Shown here piece after piece: positions 37,817 to 47,799 of a stretch of 64,000 nucleotides of DNA. The notes below the pieces were generated by a model that worked only from the letters and a program-made list of their open reading frames with translations, made no database searches and was not told the origin of the DNA. The translations under genes and the position numbers were made by a program. The stretch is from a virus (Duplodnaviria > Caudoviricetes), in the IMG/VR virus record IMGVR_UViG_3300023714_000001, one strand, 5' to 3'. Position 1 is the stretch's first letter, and each line of letters opens with the position of its first letter.

Positions 37817-40800
37817 TTGGATGAACGTAAGAAAATCAAGCTGCAACAGGCGGCAGCGATTTTAAAAAATCCGGTACTCTGGGCTAAAGCTTGTGTAAAA
37901 ACAGTGGATAATGCCACAAAACAAGTAGTACCTTGGGAAGCCAGATGGTATCAGAAAGAGATGCTTCTGGATAACTCTATAAAAAAAGTTGCTCGATGTG
38001 GGCGACGAACGGGTGGCACTCTGCCCGTCCCCGACAAATTGCTGGAATACCTGGCGGCACATCATAAAAAACGTCAGGGGAATCAGCAGCGAACCTTATA
38101 TTATATAAGGACGTTCAGAGACTAGACGCGGGGTCTGATTGTCTTGTAATCAGTTAAATAAAAAGGGGAATGCAGGATGATTTTTGAAACTAAGCGCAAT
38201 GTAGTTAACAACGTATTTTCCGTAGAAATCTCTTTCGCCGGCTACGGCACAGATGAGATGGACGAAAAGCACGAACAGGCTCTCTTTAATGACCTGGGCA
38301 ATCCGGTTATCAATCTGGGTGCAATCGTGTTCGAAGGCCGCTTTGATGTTGATGGGGACAAGCGTGTTGTTCCCGCAGAAGGCGAAAACGGCGACGTTGT
38401 TAAGTTTATCCAGAATGTAAAACGCTATGAACTTGCTCCGGGCTTTGTTGTAAGCTTCAGTGCCGATGCCGGCGATGTTGCAAAGTCTGAGCTTGGCGAA
38501 AAACTCAACACGGCTCGTCTCGTAGCTGAAGCAAAGGCTCTGCTCTTCCAGCAGAAGGTACATGAAGCTATCAAGGCTGTCGTTGAGGAGCTGAAAGCGC
38601 AGCGCACCCGTTTTGAAACGGAGACTGTTGCCACTCTCACTGTCTAATAGGGGGTGCTTGCGATATGAAGCTGAAATACGATTATGTCGTGAAGAAGCGG
38701 AAGATTACCATAGAGCTCGAGACTGTGGATTTCACAAACAAGGAAATTCGTGCTCTCGAAATGCTTGGCGAACCGGTAATCAACTTTCAAAAAACATATC
38801 CGGGCGGATTTACCATTGCTTTGTCCAAGAAACTGCGCAGCGAGTTTAAGGCCCGCATTCGCATTGACGGGACAAATGATGTAGAGGCAGCCAATGAGGC
38901 TGGCCAAAAATTCCTCGCGGATATCAAGGAGCTTCTCGAGCTTGAAATGGAAAAACTGATGGACTCTTACGAAGATCAGGTTTTCCCGCCGATGCACGGC
39001 AAGCTCGACATTTCGGAATATAAATAATCCGTAAATATTAAATTCAAGACAATCGGAAAGGGATAGTCCTGGCCGGAGTTTTTATTTCCGGCTTGAAGAC
39101 CGAAACCATGTGCATAGATTCATTGCACAAGGCTTGCACTAATCGCTCGTTTGTATGCCTGTACGCAGCACCGTATGAGGTTCAGATACGAGCGATTTTT
39201 AACCGTTTGAACGAACTTATTTCTCTTTCCCCTGCTCTGCAGGCTATGGTAGTTTCCAATACAAAAACACCATTTGAAATTAAGTTCAATAACGGTTCTG
39301 CAATACGTGGCCAGACCACAGGCGCATCGTCGGGCGGCGGCGCTGTAGGGTTTCGTGGCCAGAGGGCTGACGCCCTTTACTTGGATGAATCTGACTATAT
39401 GAGCAATGCGGATTTTGACTCGATCCTGGCCATTGCGGCCGAACGAGAAGGGATACGTGTATTTCTCTCGAGTACCCCAACCGGCGCGCGTAAGCGTTTC
39501 TGGCAGGCGTGCACAGATCCAAGTATGCATTTTAAGGAATTCCACTATCCATCTACATGTAACCCTCAGTGGGGTCCAAAGATGGAAGAAGAATTCCGTT
39601 CCCAGTTATCTGAGCAAGGTTATATCCATGAAGTTATGGCTGACTTTGGTTCTCAGGAAACCGGTGTATTTGATAAAGATAAAATCGACGCGGCAATGAA
39701 GTTTATGCGGTATGCATATTCTCCTCTCACCTACTCTCAAAAAATGAAGGTAGATGAAAATGGATGGAATGTGGAAATGTATATTCCTCCTGAGAATATG
39801 ACGATAGGCGTATACAAACCAACTAAGCTGCGCACAATGGGAATTGACTGGGATAAGAAAATTAACATATTTTCATTGTATAGACTCTTGGCTTGGTAAT
39901 ACTGGGCCAGGAGGACTGATACAGATTGAAAAAAAATTCTCAAGGCGCAAGAAGACACACAGTAAATGCGGAATATTTTAAAAACATTACTACTCCACAA
40001 CAGGCCTACTGGCTTGGTTTCATAATGGCTGACGGATGTGTTTATCACGGGAGTGATAAGAACTCTTATAGATTACAGATAAATCTATCTGCGGTTGACG
40101 CCGAACATTTGTCAAAATTTAACAAAGCTATAGAATCAGATTATGCCATTATAAGGAAGGCTATACATAATAAGAAAACAGGAAAAGATTACGAAGTTGT
40201 ACAATTAAAAATTAACTGTACACAAATGTGTAAAGATTTAATCGCCTTAAATGTGACTCCTAAAAAGTCTTTAACATGTGAATTTCCTGACTTAGACCAG
40301 TCGTTATTGCCTCACTATTTGCGGGGGTATTTTGACGGCGACGGATGTATTACGGAAAGTAAAGGCAAATGGCATATATCTATTGTTGGTGGTGAACCTA
40401 TGCTTCGTTCACTCCAAGACTATTTGGTTGATAATGATATATCATCCGCGATATACCAAATCAATCATTCAAAAGCCGTATCACTGGAGATTAGTAATTT
40501 AAAAAGTATTTCACGCTTCTACAAATTAATATATGAAGAGGCGGATGTCCTTCTTGAGCGAAAATATGAGAAGTTTGCAGCATTTAATTTGTCCCGCCAC
40601 ACAGGAATGTGTGGGCAATAATCAGGTAAATTGCTGGAATGCGTATGCTGCGCGAGAATCAGCAGCCAAGCCCGATTTATCGGGAAGGTTCAGAGACTAG
40701 AGACCTGATATCCAGACCGGATAATAGTATAGTCCACTTATGTTAAGTGAAATACGGCGCATCATCGTCAATCATTATTCTCGATTATGTGCCTCGCTTT

Positions 40801-41580
40801 GGCCGATTTATGGTAGTGAGAAGAATCGAAGTTCCAAAAGCAGAATACAGCTTCGATAAGGCTGTAAACATGATTATTGAATTAAATAGGGTTTATAACC
40901 CAGCATTTATTTATGCGGATAGAGGGTCCGGCGAATACCAGCTAGAGATGCTGCATAAATACGGGGATCAGCATCCTGAGTCTGGCCTTAAATTAAAAGT
41001 TAAGGGATTCCAGTTCTCGCAAAAGATTCCGGTTATTGATCCCGTTACACACGTTACCGATCAAAAACCAATGAAGCCATTTATGGTGAACCAGTTGAGC
41101 ATGTGTATTGAGCGCAATCAGCTTATCATGTCTCCATTTGACGAGACACTGCATAAGCAGTTGGTCGACTACGAAGTTGTTCGCGTCGGTGCTAACGGCA
41201 ATCCCGTATACACGAGTGTAAACGAACACTTTGTAGATGCTCTGGGTTTAGCGTTCTTAGCATTCGCGCTTGAAATGCCAAATGTTGCTAAGACAATTGA
41301 AGATGTGGACTTTACAGCTCACATGATTAACGGTGAGTCTCCGTTTGCCAAGAGAGACAATGCTCCGACAGGCAAGAACTGGCGGGGCGCATCTAACCCA
41401 TGGAGCAATGCAAGTCTAATGAACGGCACTGTCTCTTATAAAGACGCTCAGGATAAGAGCGATGGGGATCAGCCAAAATTCTTCCGCGCACCACTTGCTG
41501 GTACAGCTGCCAGAAGAAAGAGTAATTGGGGATCCAGAAGAAGCTCGGGTTTTGGCTTTTGTGGAAGATCAATGTTCTGA
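37817..41580 (+). CDS. terL: Terminase large subunit, three exons (37817-38014, 39096-39854, 40750-41580; about 595 aa)
   Basis: Splicing restores Walker A RCGRRTG|KTE and nuclease motif GIDWD|KYGA; Walker B LYLDESDY, SSTPTG, EHFVDAL. Confidence 0.93.
38177..38647 (+). CDS. Intron-borne non-nuclease protein A
   Basis: AAAAGGGG RBS; 156 aa; no LAGLIDADG/HNH/GIY-YIG motif; DLGNPVIN. Confidence 0.85.
   Translation: MIFETKRNVVNNVFSVEISFAGYGTDEMDEKHEQALFNDLGNPVINLGAIVFEGRFDVDGDKRVVPAEGENGDVVKFIQNVKRYELAPGFVVSFSADAGDVAKSELGEKLNTARLVAEAKALLFQQKVHEAIKAVVEELKAQRTRFETETVATLTV
38665..39027 (+). CDS. Intron-borne non-nuclease protein B (paralog of A)
   Basis: AGGGGGTG RBS; 120 aa; MLGEPVIN. Confidence 0.85.
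   Translation: MKLKYDYVVKKRKITIELETVDFTNKEIRALEMLGEPVINFQKTYPGGFTIALSKKLRSEFKARIRIDGTNDVEAANEAGQKFLADIKELLELEMEKLMDSYEDQVFPPMHGKLDISEYK
39855..40749 (+). ncRNA. Group I intron 2 in terL, with homing endonuclease gene in the P1 loop
   Basis: Exon GGGAU pairs with IGS GUCCC 40591-95; P3 ATCAGGT/ACCTGAT; P 40628, Q 40657, R 40688, S 40728; omega G40749. Confidence 0.93.
39926..40621 (+). CDS. LAGLIDADG homing endonuclease
   Basis: AYWLGFIMADG and YLRGYFDGDG double motif. Confidence 0.92.
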   Translation: MKKNSQGARRHTVNAEYFKNITTPQQAYWLGFIMADGCVYHGSDKNSYRLQINLSAVDAEHLSKFNKAIESDYAIIRKAIHNKKTGKDYEVVQLKINCTQMCKDLIALNVTPKKSLTCEFPDLDQSLLPHYLRGYFDGDGCITESKGKWHISIVGGEPMLRSLQDYLVDNDISSAIYQINHSKAVSLEISNLKSISRFYKLIYEEADVLLERKYEKFAAFNLSRHTGMCGQ

Positions 41581-41650
41581 TAGATAGTCGGCGCCGGAAA
41601 AATGGACGCCGATTTTTACTAAGGTAGACATATAGTAGAAGGAAATAATA

Positions 41651-43432
41651 ATGGCAGAAGAAAGATATGACAAGCATAATGTGCTGGCCATACCAGATTT
41701 AACCCCTGAACGAAGTTACGAGTCTGAAGGGATTGTTCAATCACCAAGTTTACAAACTCCTATACAGAAGCCTGTTCGTGAGTTAAAAGTGATTGACGAT
41801 CTGGATGAACTAAGCTCACTTGCAGATTTGCTTCCCCCTGAAATTGGAGATATTGTTCGGGATATAAATAAAGTCTTATCGGAAGACTCTCAGGGGAAGT
41901 TAATACTTGAAATTGAAAAAGGTGTAATACCACCGCCAACTGTTATTGTTGAACCGCCACCTCCTCCGCCTCCGCCACCCCCTCCACCTCCGATAACTGA
42001 TGACCCATGGCCTAGCGAGCCAAAACCTCCGCTTCCACTTCCTAACCCACCAAAAGGTGGCGGCGGTGGCGGCGGTGGCGGTTCTGAAGGTGGCGGTGGG
42101 GGAACTGAAGGCTCAGGCGGTTCACGTCCAACAGGCGGCACCTGGATAGTTGAGGGGCAACACGATCCAAGCGATGGCGATTATGAAGTTGATGATATCT
42201 TTTCAGCCCCGCCGGCTTTTACCGTAGAAATAGAGCCGTCAGACTCATTAGTGGATCTTGCTCGAAAAGCCTATAGGGATGATGACCTGGACATTAAAGA
42301 CGATTATGTTGCAAAAATGACGCAAAATATTGCGCGCTTCTATCAGGTTATGTCTACTCTGGCTACAGATGGTGGTATGCCCGACTATTCGTATCTTATG
42401 CGCGAATTTGACGGCACAGCAGTATCAACGAACGATGCGAATCAAAAACATCTTATCGATTCCATTTGTAAGAACCAGATTATTTACGATCAGCGGCTCA
42501 GACAAATGAATTTAACGCATACTGCGGAAAATACACTGGTTATGACTCGCGGTTTCTCCGCAGCGGAGGCGCAGCGCGAAAGGTATTTTGGCGAGAAATT
42601 TAAGGCCAATATGAATGATACCGCCTCTACTCTTTCTAATGATATTTTAGAGAAAGAACGTCAGAACGCAAACAAGAAATACAAAGAAGCTGCCTACAAT
42701 ATGTATAAGTATCTCGACTCGGCGACAAAATATACGAATGCTTTGCTTAACATTCGCATCGACGAAGCGGCGGCAAAGGTGCAACTCTCAAATACCGGTA
42801 GCGATATTTATGCAATTACTCCTCCGCCTCCTCCGACTGCTGATAATATTGATGATGGTTTTGAGACTACTCAGAAGCAGACAGAGATTGGCGCTAAATA
42901 TGTTGAGGAAGCTCAGAAAGATTCTGTTATGGGATATCAGGCTTCTGGTGGCGGCTCGTCGTATAGCAGTAGTGGCGGAGGCGGTGCATTGCAAAGCGTC
43001 ACGGCAACGGCAGACACAAAATCTATCTTCGATGCTCTGATTCGTTTAGGTTACAATGACATAGCCGCCTGTGGAATAATGGGAAATATTCAGCAGGAGT
43101 GCAGCTTTAACGTTGAATCCGGGCGTGGAAAGAATGCTGCGGCGTGTGGATTATTTCAGTGGGGTAATGGATGTGATGGTAGTCGTTGGCAAAGATTGCT
43201 TTCAATGTATCCGGACCCAGCATGCTGGAATGCGGGTAATCAGTTATCCTATATGTATTGGGAGTGTGAGAATGGATATACTAATTGCCTGCCAGGTACG
43301 CTAAATAATTTTTCGACACCAGAGGAAGCCGCAGTTCACTTCGAGGAAAACTTTGAAGGTGCTGGCGATGCTCAAAACGAAAAACGTATGAATTACGCTA
43401 GGCAATTCTATGACCTTTATGGGAAAAAATAG
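41651..43432 (+). CDS. Virion protein with Pro/Gly-rich linker and C-terminal phage tail lysozyme domain
   Basis: AACGIMGNIQQECSFN...GLFQW...RW...AAVHFEENFE...RMNYARQFY. Confidence 0.85.
   Translation: MAEERYDKHNVLAIPDLTPERSYESEGIVQSPSLQTPIQKPVRELKVIDDLDELSSLADLLPPEIGDIVRDINKVLSEDSQGKLILEIEKGVIPPPTVIVEPPPPPPPPPPPPPITDDPWPSEPKPPLPLPNPPKGGGGGGGGGSEGGGGGTEGSGGSRPTGGTWIVEGQHDPSDGDYEVDDIFSAPPAFTVEIEPSDSLVDLARKAYRDDDLDIKDDYVAKMTQNIARFYQVMSTLATDGGMPDYSYLMREFDGTAVSTNDANQKHLIDSICKNQIIYDQRLRQMNLTHTAENTLVMTRGFSAAEAQRERYFGEKFKANMNDTASTLSNDILEKERQNANKKYKEAAYNMYKYLDSATKYTNALLNIRIDEAAAKVQLSNTGSDIYAITPPPPPTADNIDDGFETTQKQTEIGAKYVEEAQKDSVMGYQASGGGSSYSSSGGGGALQSVTATADTKSIFDALIRLGYNDIAACGIMGNIQQECSFNVESGRGKNAAACGLFQWGNGCDGSRWQRLLSMYPDPACWNAGNQLSYMYWECENGYTNCLPGTLNNFSTPEEAAVHFEENFEGAGDAQNEKRMNYARQFYDLYGKK
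41930..42122 (+). repeat. Poly-Pro then poly-Gly low-complexity coding tract
   Basis: CCN and GGN codon runs. Confidence 0.9.
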
Positions 43433-43438
43433 TGTAAA

Positions 43439-43468
43439 AATAAAAGACGCCAAACGGCGTCTTTTATT
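43439..43468. terminator. Bidirectional intrinsic terminator
   Basis: AATAAAAGACGCC-AAAC-GGCGTCTTTTATT between convergent genes. Confidence 0.8.
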
Positions 43469-44588
43469 AATATTTAAAAATCTTCTTCATTATATCTTTT
43501 GTTTTCTGTGAAATATCAGGGCTGGTATTTACAGCGTTAAAGATAATACTTTTAACTGTATTGGCTTCATTCTCTGATTCCGCGACAATTGGGAATGTAA
43601 TAAACCCATCCGGCAGTTTTTCATCAATTTCAGCACGGCCGACAATTGTTTGCATGCTCGGGGTGGTATATACAAGTTCGATATCTTCAACGGTCTTTGC
43701 CTTACCAAGCGTCTTAATATCGGCGGCAGTCAACTTATTCTTATATAAACTCTTATCGTATATATAATGTTGCAATTCATCATCTAGCAGGGAAATAGCA
43801 CAGGCAAGCTGTATTGTGATCTTTACACCGTCAACGCCATCAACATAGGGCCATAGCTCCGGGATGAGATTTCTCAATTGATAGAGTCTTTTAAGAGAAC
43901 CGCCACTCACACCCATGACCTGACCAATTTTATCCATGATTCTTACCCGGTGTTCATTCCATTTGCGGTTAGGGCGCGTATCTTTTTCCAGGCGGTTCAT
44001 ATTGATAACAGCCTGGGCTTTAACGGCGGTAGTATTTTCTCTGCGGATTACATTATCAAAAATAATGATTTTGCGAGCCTCAACATCATCCAACTCATCA
44101 AAGTCATAAACATAGCAGTTCATGGCTTCAAACCTCTTGGCCATTTCCGGGTTATTGTTGTCGGGGCTCGTGAATATTTCGTGAAGTTCCTGAAAAGCGC
44201 GATGTCTTGTGTGTCCGCCCAGAATCATATACGAACCGTTCTCTTGCTTCCATACAAGCGCAGGTGAGAGCTGACCATAGGCAACAAGATTCTTCATTAA
44301 GTCGGTAAGAATGGTTTTATCCTGATTGGGGAAGAAGTTCCATTCTTCCTTAGCCGGGATAAGTTTTGAAATAGGAACCATTTCTGTATGATACTGCGGA
44401 TAGAGCTTTTCAATTTCATGCAGCTGCTGTTCGCTCCTGTCTTTGTCTTCATTCGATATTGGAGCAACAGCCTCTTCGCCACTTGCAATCTTCATCCAGT
44501 CATAATTTGGCAGTGAGGACTCATCATCGTAAGAACCAGCCTTTGCAAAAGCCCCCATCGATACCGTCTGTTTATGCTTCTTGCTCAT
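43467..44588 (-). CDS. parB: ParB-like partition protein
   Basis: GQLSPALVW...YMILGGHTRHRA, DNVIRRE, HTH; directly downstream of parA. Confidence 0.88.
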   Translation of the reverse strand: MSKKHKQTVSMGAFAKAGSYDDESSLPNYDWMKIASGEEAVAPISNEDKDRSEQQLHEIEKLYPQYHTEMVPISKLIPAKEEWNFFPNQDKTILTDLMKNLVAYGQLSPALVWKQENGSYMILGGHTRHRAFQELHEIFTSPDNNNPEMAKRFEAMNCYVYDFDELDDVEARKIIIFDNVIRRENTTAVKAQAVINMNRLEKDTRPNRKWNEHRVRIMDKIGQVMGVSGGSLKRLYQLRNLIPELWPYVDGVDGVKITIQLACAISLLDDELQHYIYDKSLYKNKLTAADIKTLGKAKTVEDIELVYTTPSMQTIVGRAEIDEKLPDGFITFPIVAESENEANTVKSIIFNAVNTSPDISQKTKDIMKKIFKY

Positions 44589-45414
44589 AAAGCACCTCCG
44601 TGATTTCTTTGTAAAGCTTTTTAAAGTCTGCAGAAATCTTCTTGTTATGGAATTTTTCCGTTACAGCGCAATGATAATTAACGGATTTACGCGCATCTTC
44701 GCTTTCACGAATAGTTGTGTCGAAGAGTCTGCCTTCTGTTTTCCCGCCATTAAGCTTGGCAAGTTCTATAGGGATAATCTCTCTAGCTGAAGGAATATAC
44801 TCTTTCGTCCCGCTCGTGTTGTGTTTTACTCGATTAAAGAAATATCCTAGTAATTTAATATTGGGATTTGCACGGCGCCGGCTCTTAATTATGTTCTGAT
44901 ACACCTGCGATAATCCAGCAACACTTCTCTCATCCGGATCCATGGGCACGAGAATATAATCACAGCTTTGCATGGGGAGCAATGTGTCTAGGCCAATGGA
45001 TGGATGTGAATCCATAATAACGATATCATACTCATTCATATCTTGAATAGCCGCGACAAGTTCCGTCCATGGATTTACACCTTCGTTAAGGCGAAACTCG
45101 CGAACCTTTCCCATAAAACCCTCACCTTCTATCAGTAAGGAGCCTGGTATCATATCGATATTCTTATACTGCGTCGGCATAATAAAGGTACGTGGCGAAA
45201 CTTGAGCTCCATATATTCTCGAAATAATCCCAGCCATAATATCGTGCTGCGGATCAGCCTCGACCTTCATCGTTTGTGTAAGGTTCATCTGCGCATCTGC
45301 GTCTATTAGTAGTACCTTCTTTCCGTCATTGGAAAAAAGGTAGGCTAACGCAGCGGTGGTAGTTGTTTTACCAACGCCACCCTTGTGGTTTGCTATACAT
45401 ATGGTTTTTCCCAT
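44572..45414 (-). CDS. parA: ParA partition ATPase
   Basis: IANHKGGVGKTTT, LLIDADAQMNLT, YDIVIMDSHPS. Confidence 0.93.
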   Translation of the reverse strand: MGKTICIANHKGGVGKTTTTAALAYLFSNDGKKVLLIDADAQMNLTQTMKVEADPQHDIMAGIISRIYGAQVSPRTFIMPTQYKNIDMIPGSLLIEGEGFMGKVREFRLNEGVNPWTELVAAIQDMNEYDIVIMDSHPSIGLDTLLPMQSCDYILVPMDPDERSVAGLSQVYQNIIKSRRRANPNIKLLGYFFNRVKHNTSGTKEYIPSAREIIPIELAKLNGGKTEGRLFDTTIRESEDARKSVNYHCAVTEKFHNKKISADFKKLYKEITEVLYEQEA

Positions 45415-45547
45415 CAACAATAACCTCCTCATAACAAAAATCTCCATAAATAGTCTACCATAAATGCCCTTACTATTCCACTACTATCATTAATATTATT
45501 CTATTTTGTCGTTTGATAGTCCTGCATATCGCTCATAAACGACCTAG

Positions 45548-45582
45548 AAAATTTAGGGGACCAAATCGGTCCCCTAAATTTT
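45548..45582. promoter_or_regulatory. parS-like perfect inverted repeat
   Basis: AAAATTTAGGGGACC-AAATC-GGTCCCCTAAATTTT upstream of parA. Confidence 0.65.
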
Positions 45583-45697
45583 GTTTAGTGAATAACAAAA
45601 ACCCCGTGGTAATATGCGCTTAGATTGTAGACCGGAAAGGACGGTGTGAGGTATTTTTCAAAAACTTAGACGCCAAATTGCTAACACATTCTTCTCT

Positions 45698-47785
45698 TTG
45701 TCTGAAAGAGTTGGCGGCGTACAAAAGACTAGCACGGGCGTAATGGCAAAGAATAAGTTTGCTATTGCTTCTGCCGTTCTTGGCAGCTATATAGGATATT
45801 CCCGACGCGATGGCATATTTTTTAGATGTGAATATGACCTTGACGAAATAAAGGCTGCGGCCGAGACAGAGGGATATTTAGCTACAGCCATCCAGAAATA
45901 TAGTGAGCTTTTTATGAAAGCAGGGTATACCTTAAAAGGTACAAGTGATGCTCCGGCGGATTATCTTAGACAGCGCTTTAAGATGATGAGTTATATGGGT
46001 GAATTTGAGCCATTTCCTCTTTTAATGAGAGAAACTGCTTTTGACCTTGTTAAATTTAGTAATGCATTCTGGGTAAAGAATCGGGCAGATAAGATCCCCT
46101 TTGTTAAAGCAACGGGAATTGTGAGCTCAGAAAAATGTGTAGCGGGATATTCAAGATTGGACCCGGCACAAGTTCGCGCCCAGTTCGACAAAGACGGTAA
46201 GCTGTCGGCATACAAGCAGGTAACACCTACGGGCAGAGAAAAGGTTTTTAAAACCGAAGATGTGATTCATTTTGTTTTAAATCGCTCGGCCGAATCCGTA
46301 TGGGGAACACCACGATGGATTCCAGCATTGGAAGATATTCGTTTTCTTCGGACGATGGAAGGCAATGTTGCAACAATAGCTCATAGGTTCTCAGCGCCTA
46401 TCGTCCATGCAAAGGTTGGTCTACCTCAGGAGGGTAAGGGTGGCACCAAGAAGGAAATTGATGATACCAGAAATCTTATCGAAAATACGCCCCCTGACGG
46501 CATGATTATCACTCCGGAAAGAGTTGCTTTCTCTATAGTTGGTGCCGAAGGAAATGCTCTGGACTTAAAAGATTATCTATCTTATTTTGAGAATCGCGTG
46601 TTTACCGACCTTAATACTTCCCAGACAATGATGGGACGTGGAGGCAGCAAACAAGATGCTGACTCTATGGAAGAGCAGGTTCATAACGCTGTTAAAGATA
46701 ATCAAGCGGCGTTTGCTATTCAATTTAAGGATGCTGTAATAACTGAGCTCTTACTTGAAGGTGGCTTTAACCCCATCCTAAATGAAAGCGACGATGTTGA
46801 TCTTGTATTTAATGAGATTAATCTCGATACAAAGGTTAAGCTGGAAAACCACATCACAAATCTCTTCCATGCTAATGCAATTACTTACGAAGAAATGCGA
46901 GCTGGTATTGGTTATAAGATTGGCAACATTGATGAGGATAGAGATCACCTGTATTCAAACTTTATCGAACAGGCTAACCAGCTTGAGCAAATCGAAGTCA
47001 ACCATCAGAACGCTATCGAAATAGCAAAACTAAGCGCACAGCTTACAAGCTCTGCTGAACAAGATAGTGGCGGGGATGATGATAAATCGTCTTCCGCAAA
47101 AGCAACAAAGAAAAAGAAGAGCACCTATACAAAAAAGAATACCGGCAATGGCAAGGGGGTAAAAACTGGGAAAAGGACGGGGGCTGTAAAAGCTACCGAT
47201 TCTCCTTCCAACCAATACGGCACATACAGCGCCAAAATTAAAGAGTCTGCTATTATTAACGAGTTTTCTTCCAAACTTAATGATAGTGGCAGCAACGCTG
47301 GAGATATAAAAAACAGAATCAAGTCCTACGTAAATGATATGTCAGTAAAGGGTGCAAAAGAGGGGTATGTAAAGGCTAAGGATACATTGGATCCTGGCAA
47401 TGAACACAAAAAACCGTTACTTGCCCCGCAAAATAGTGTCTTAATAAACTATTTTAACAAGAATATTGATGAGTTTTTTAGTGATATAAATAAAAAGCTT
47501 AGTAATACGGGGGACGAATGCGGTTTTAAACGGCTGTTCGAGTCACAAAAATACAGGCTCACTATGCTTACGGATTTTGTTTATAGGAAGTCTTATTGGT
47601 ACTCTTACTTAAAAACATGTGAGAGCCACGGAGTAAATCGTGTCAAAGTACATTGCCGCGAAGAAAGCCGACATAAAGAAAAATATGACGGCAAGATTAT
47701 TAATCCGAAAAACTTCAACATAAATGATATTCCGGGATACAGCACGAATTGCAGCTGCTATTTAGAACCACTAAAAAATGAATAG
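45698..47785 (+). CDS. Portal protein
   Basis: DLVKFSNAFW, EDVIHF, WGTPRWIPAL; precedes the protease; true start may be ATT at 45653. Confidence 0.85.
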   Translation: MSERVGGVQKTSTGVMAKNKFAIASAVLGSYIGYSRRDGIFFRCEYDLDEIKAAAETEGYLATAIQKYSELFMKAGYTLKGTSDAPADYLRQRFKMMSYMGEFEPFPLLMRETAFDLVKFSNAFWVKNRADKIPFVKATGIVSSEKCVAGYSRLDPAQVRAQFDKDGKLSAYKQVTPTGREKVFKTEDVIHFVLNRSAESVWGTPRWIPALEDIRFLRTMEGNVATIAHRFSAPIVHAKVGLPQEGKGGTKKEIDDTRNLIENTPPDGMIITPERVAFSIVGAEGNALDLKDYLSYFENRVFTDLNTSQTMMGRGGSKQDADSMEEQVHNAVKDNQAAFAIQFKDAVITELLLEGGFNPILNESDDVDLVFNEINLDTKVKLENHITNLFHANAITYEEMRAGIGYKIGNIDEDRDHLYSNFIEQANQLEQIEVNHQNAIEIAKLSAQLTSSAEQDSGGDDDKSSSAKATKKKKSTYTKKNTGNGKGVKTGKRTGAVKATDSPSNQYGTYSAKIKESAIINEFSSKLNDSGSNAGDIKNRIKSYVNDMSVKGAKEGYVKAKDTLDPGNEHKKPLLAPQNSVLINYFNKNIDEFFSDINKKLSNTGDECGFKRLFESQKYRLTMLTDFVYRKSYWYSYLKTCESHGVNRVKVHCREESRHKEKYDGKIINPKNFNINDIPGYSTNCSCYLEPLKNE

Positions 47786-47799
47786 GAAGGTTATCACAC

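Larger units (their letters stand above)
38015..39095 (+). ncRNA. Group I intron 1 in terL, with two cargo ORFs in the P8 loop
   Basis: P1 ACGGGU/GCCCGU with U.G; P AAATTGCTGGAA 38036; Q AATCAGCAG 38081; R GTTCAGAGACTA 38113; 13-bp P8 38134-46/39045-57; S AAGGGATAGTCC 39058; omega G39095. Confidence 0.93.

Noticed and set aside
37715-41580. Terminase as a pseudogene, frameshifted or intein-containing gene
   Set aside because: Both gaps contain full group I cores, and removal at U|...G boundaries restores conserved motifs in frame; no intein C/S...HN motifs
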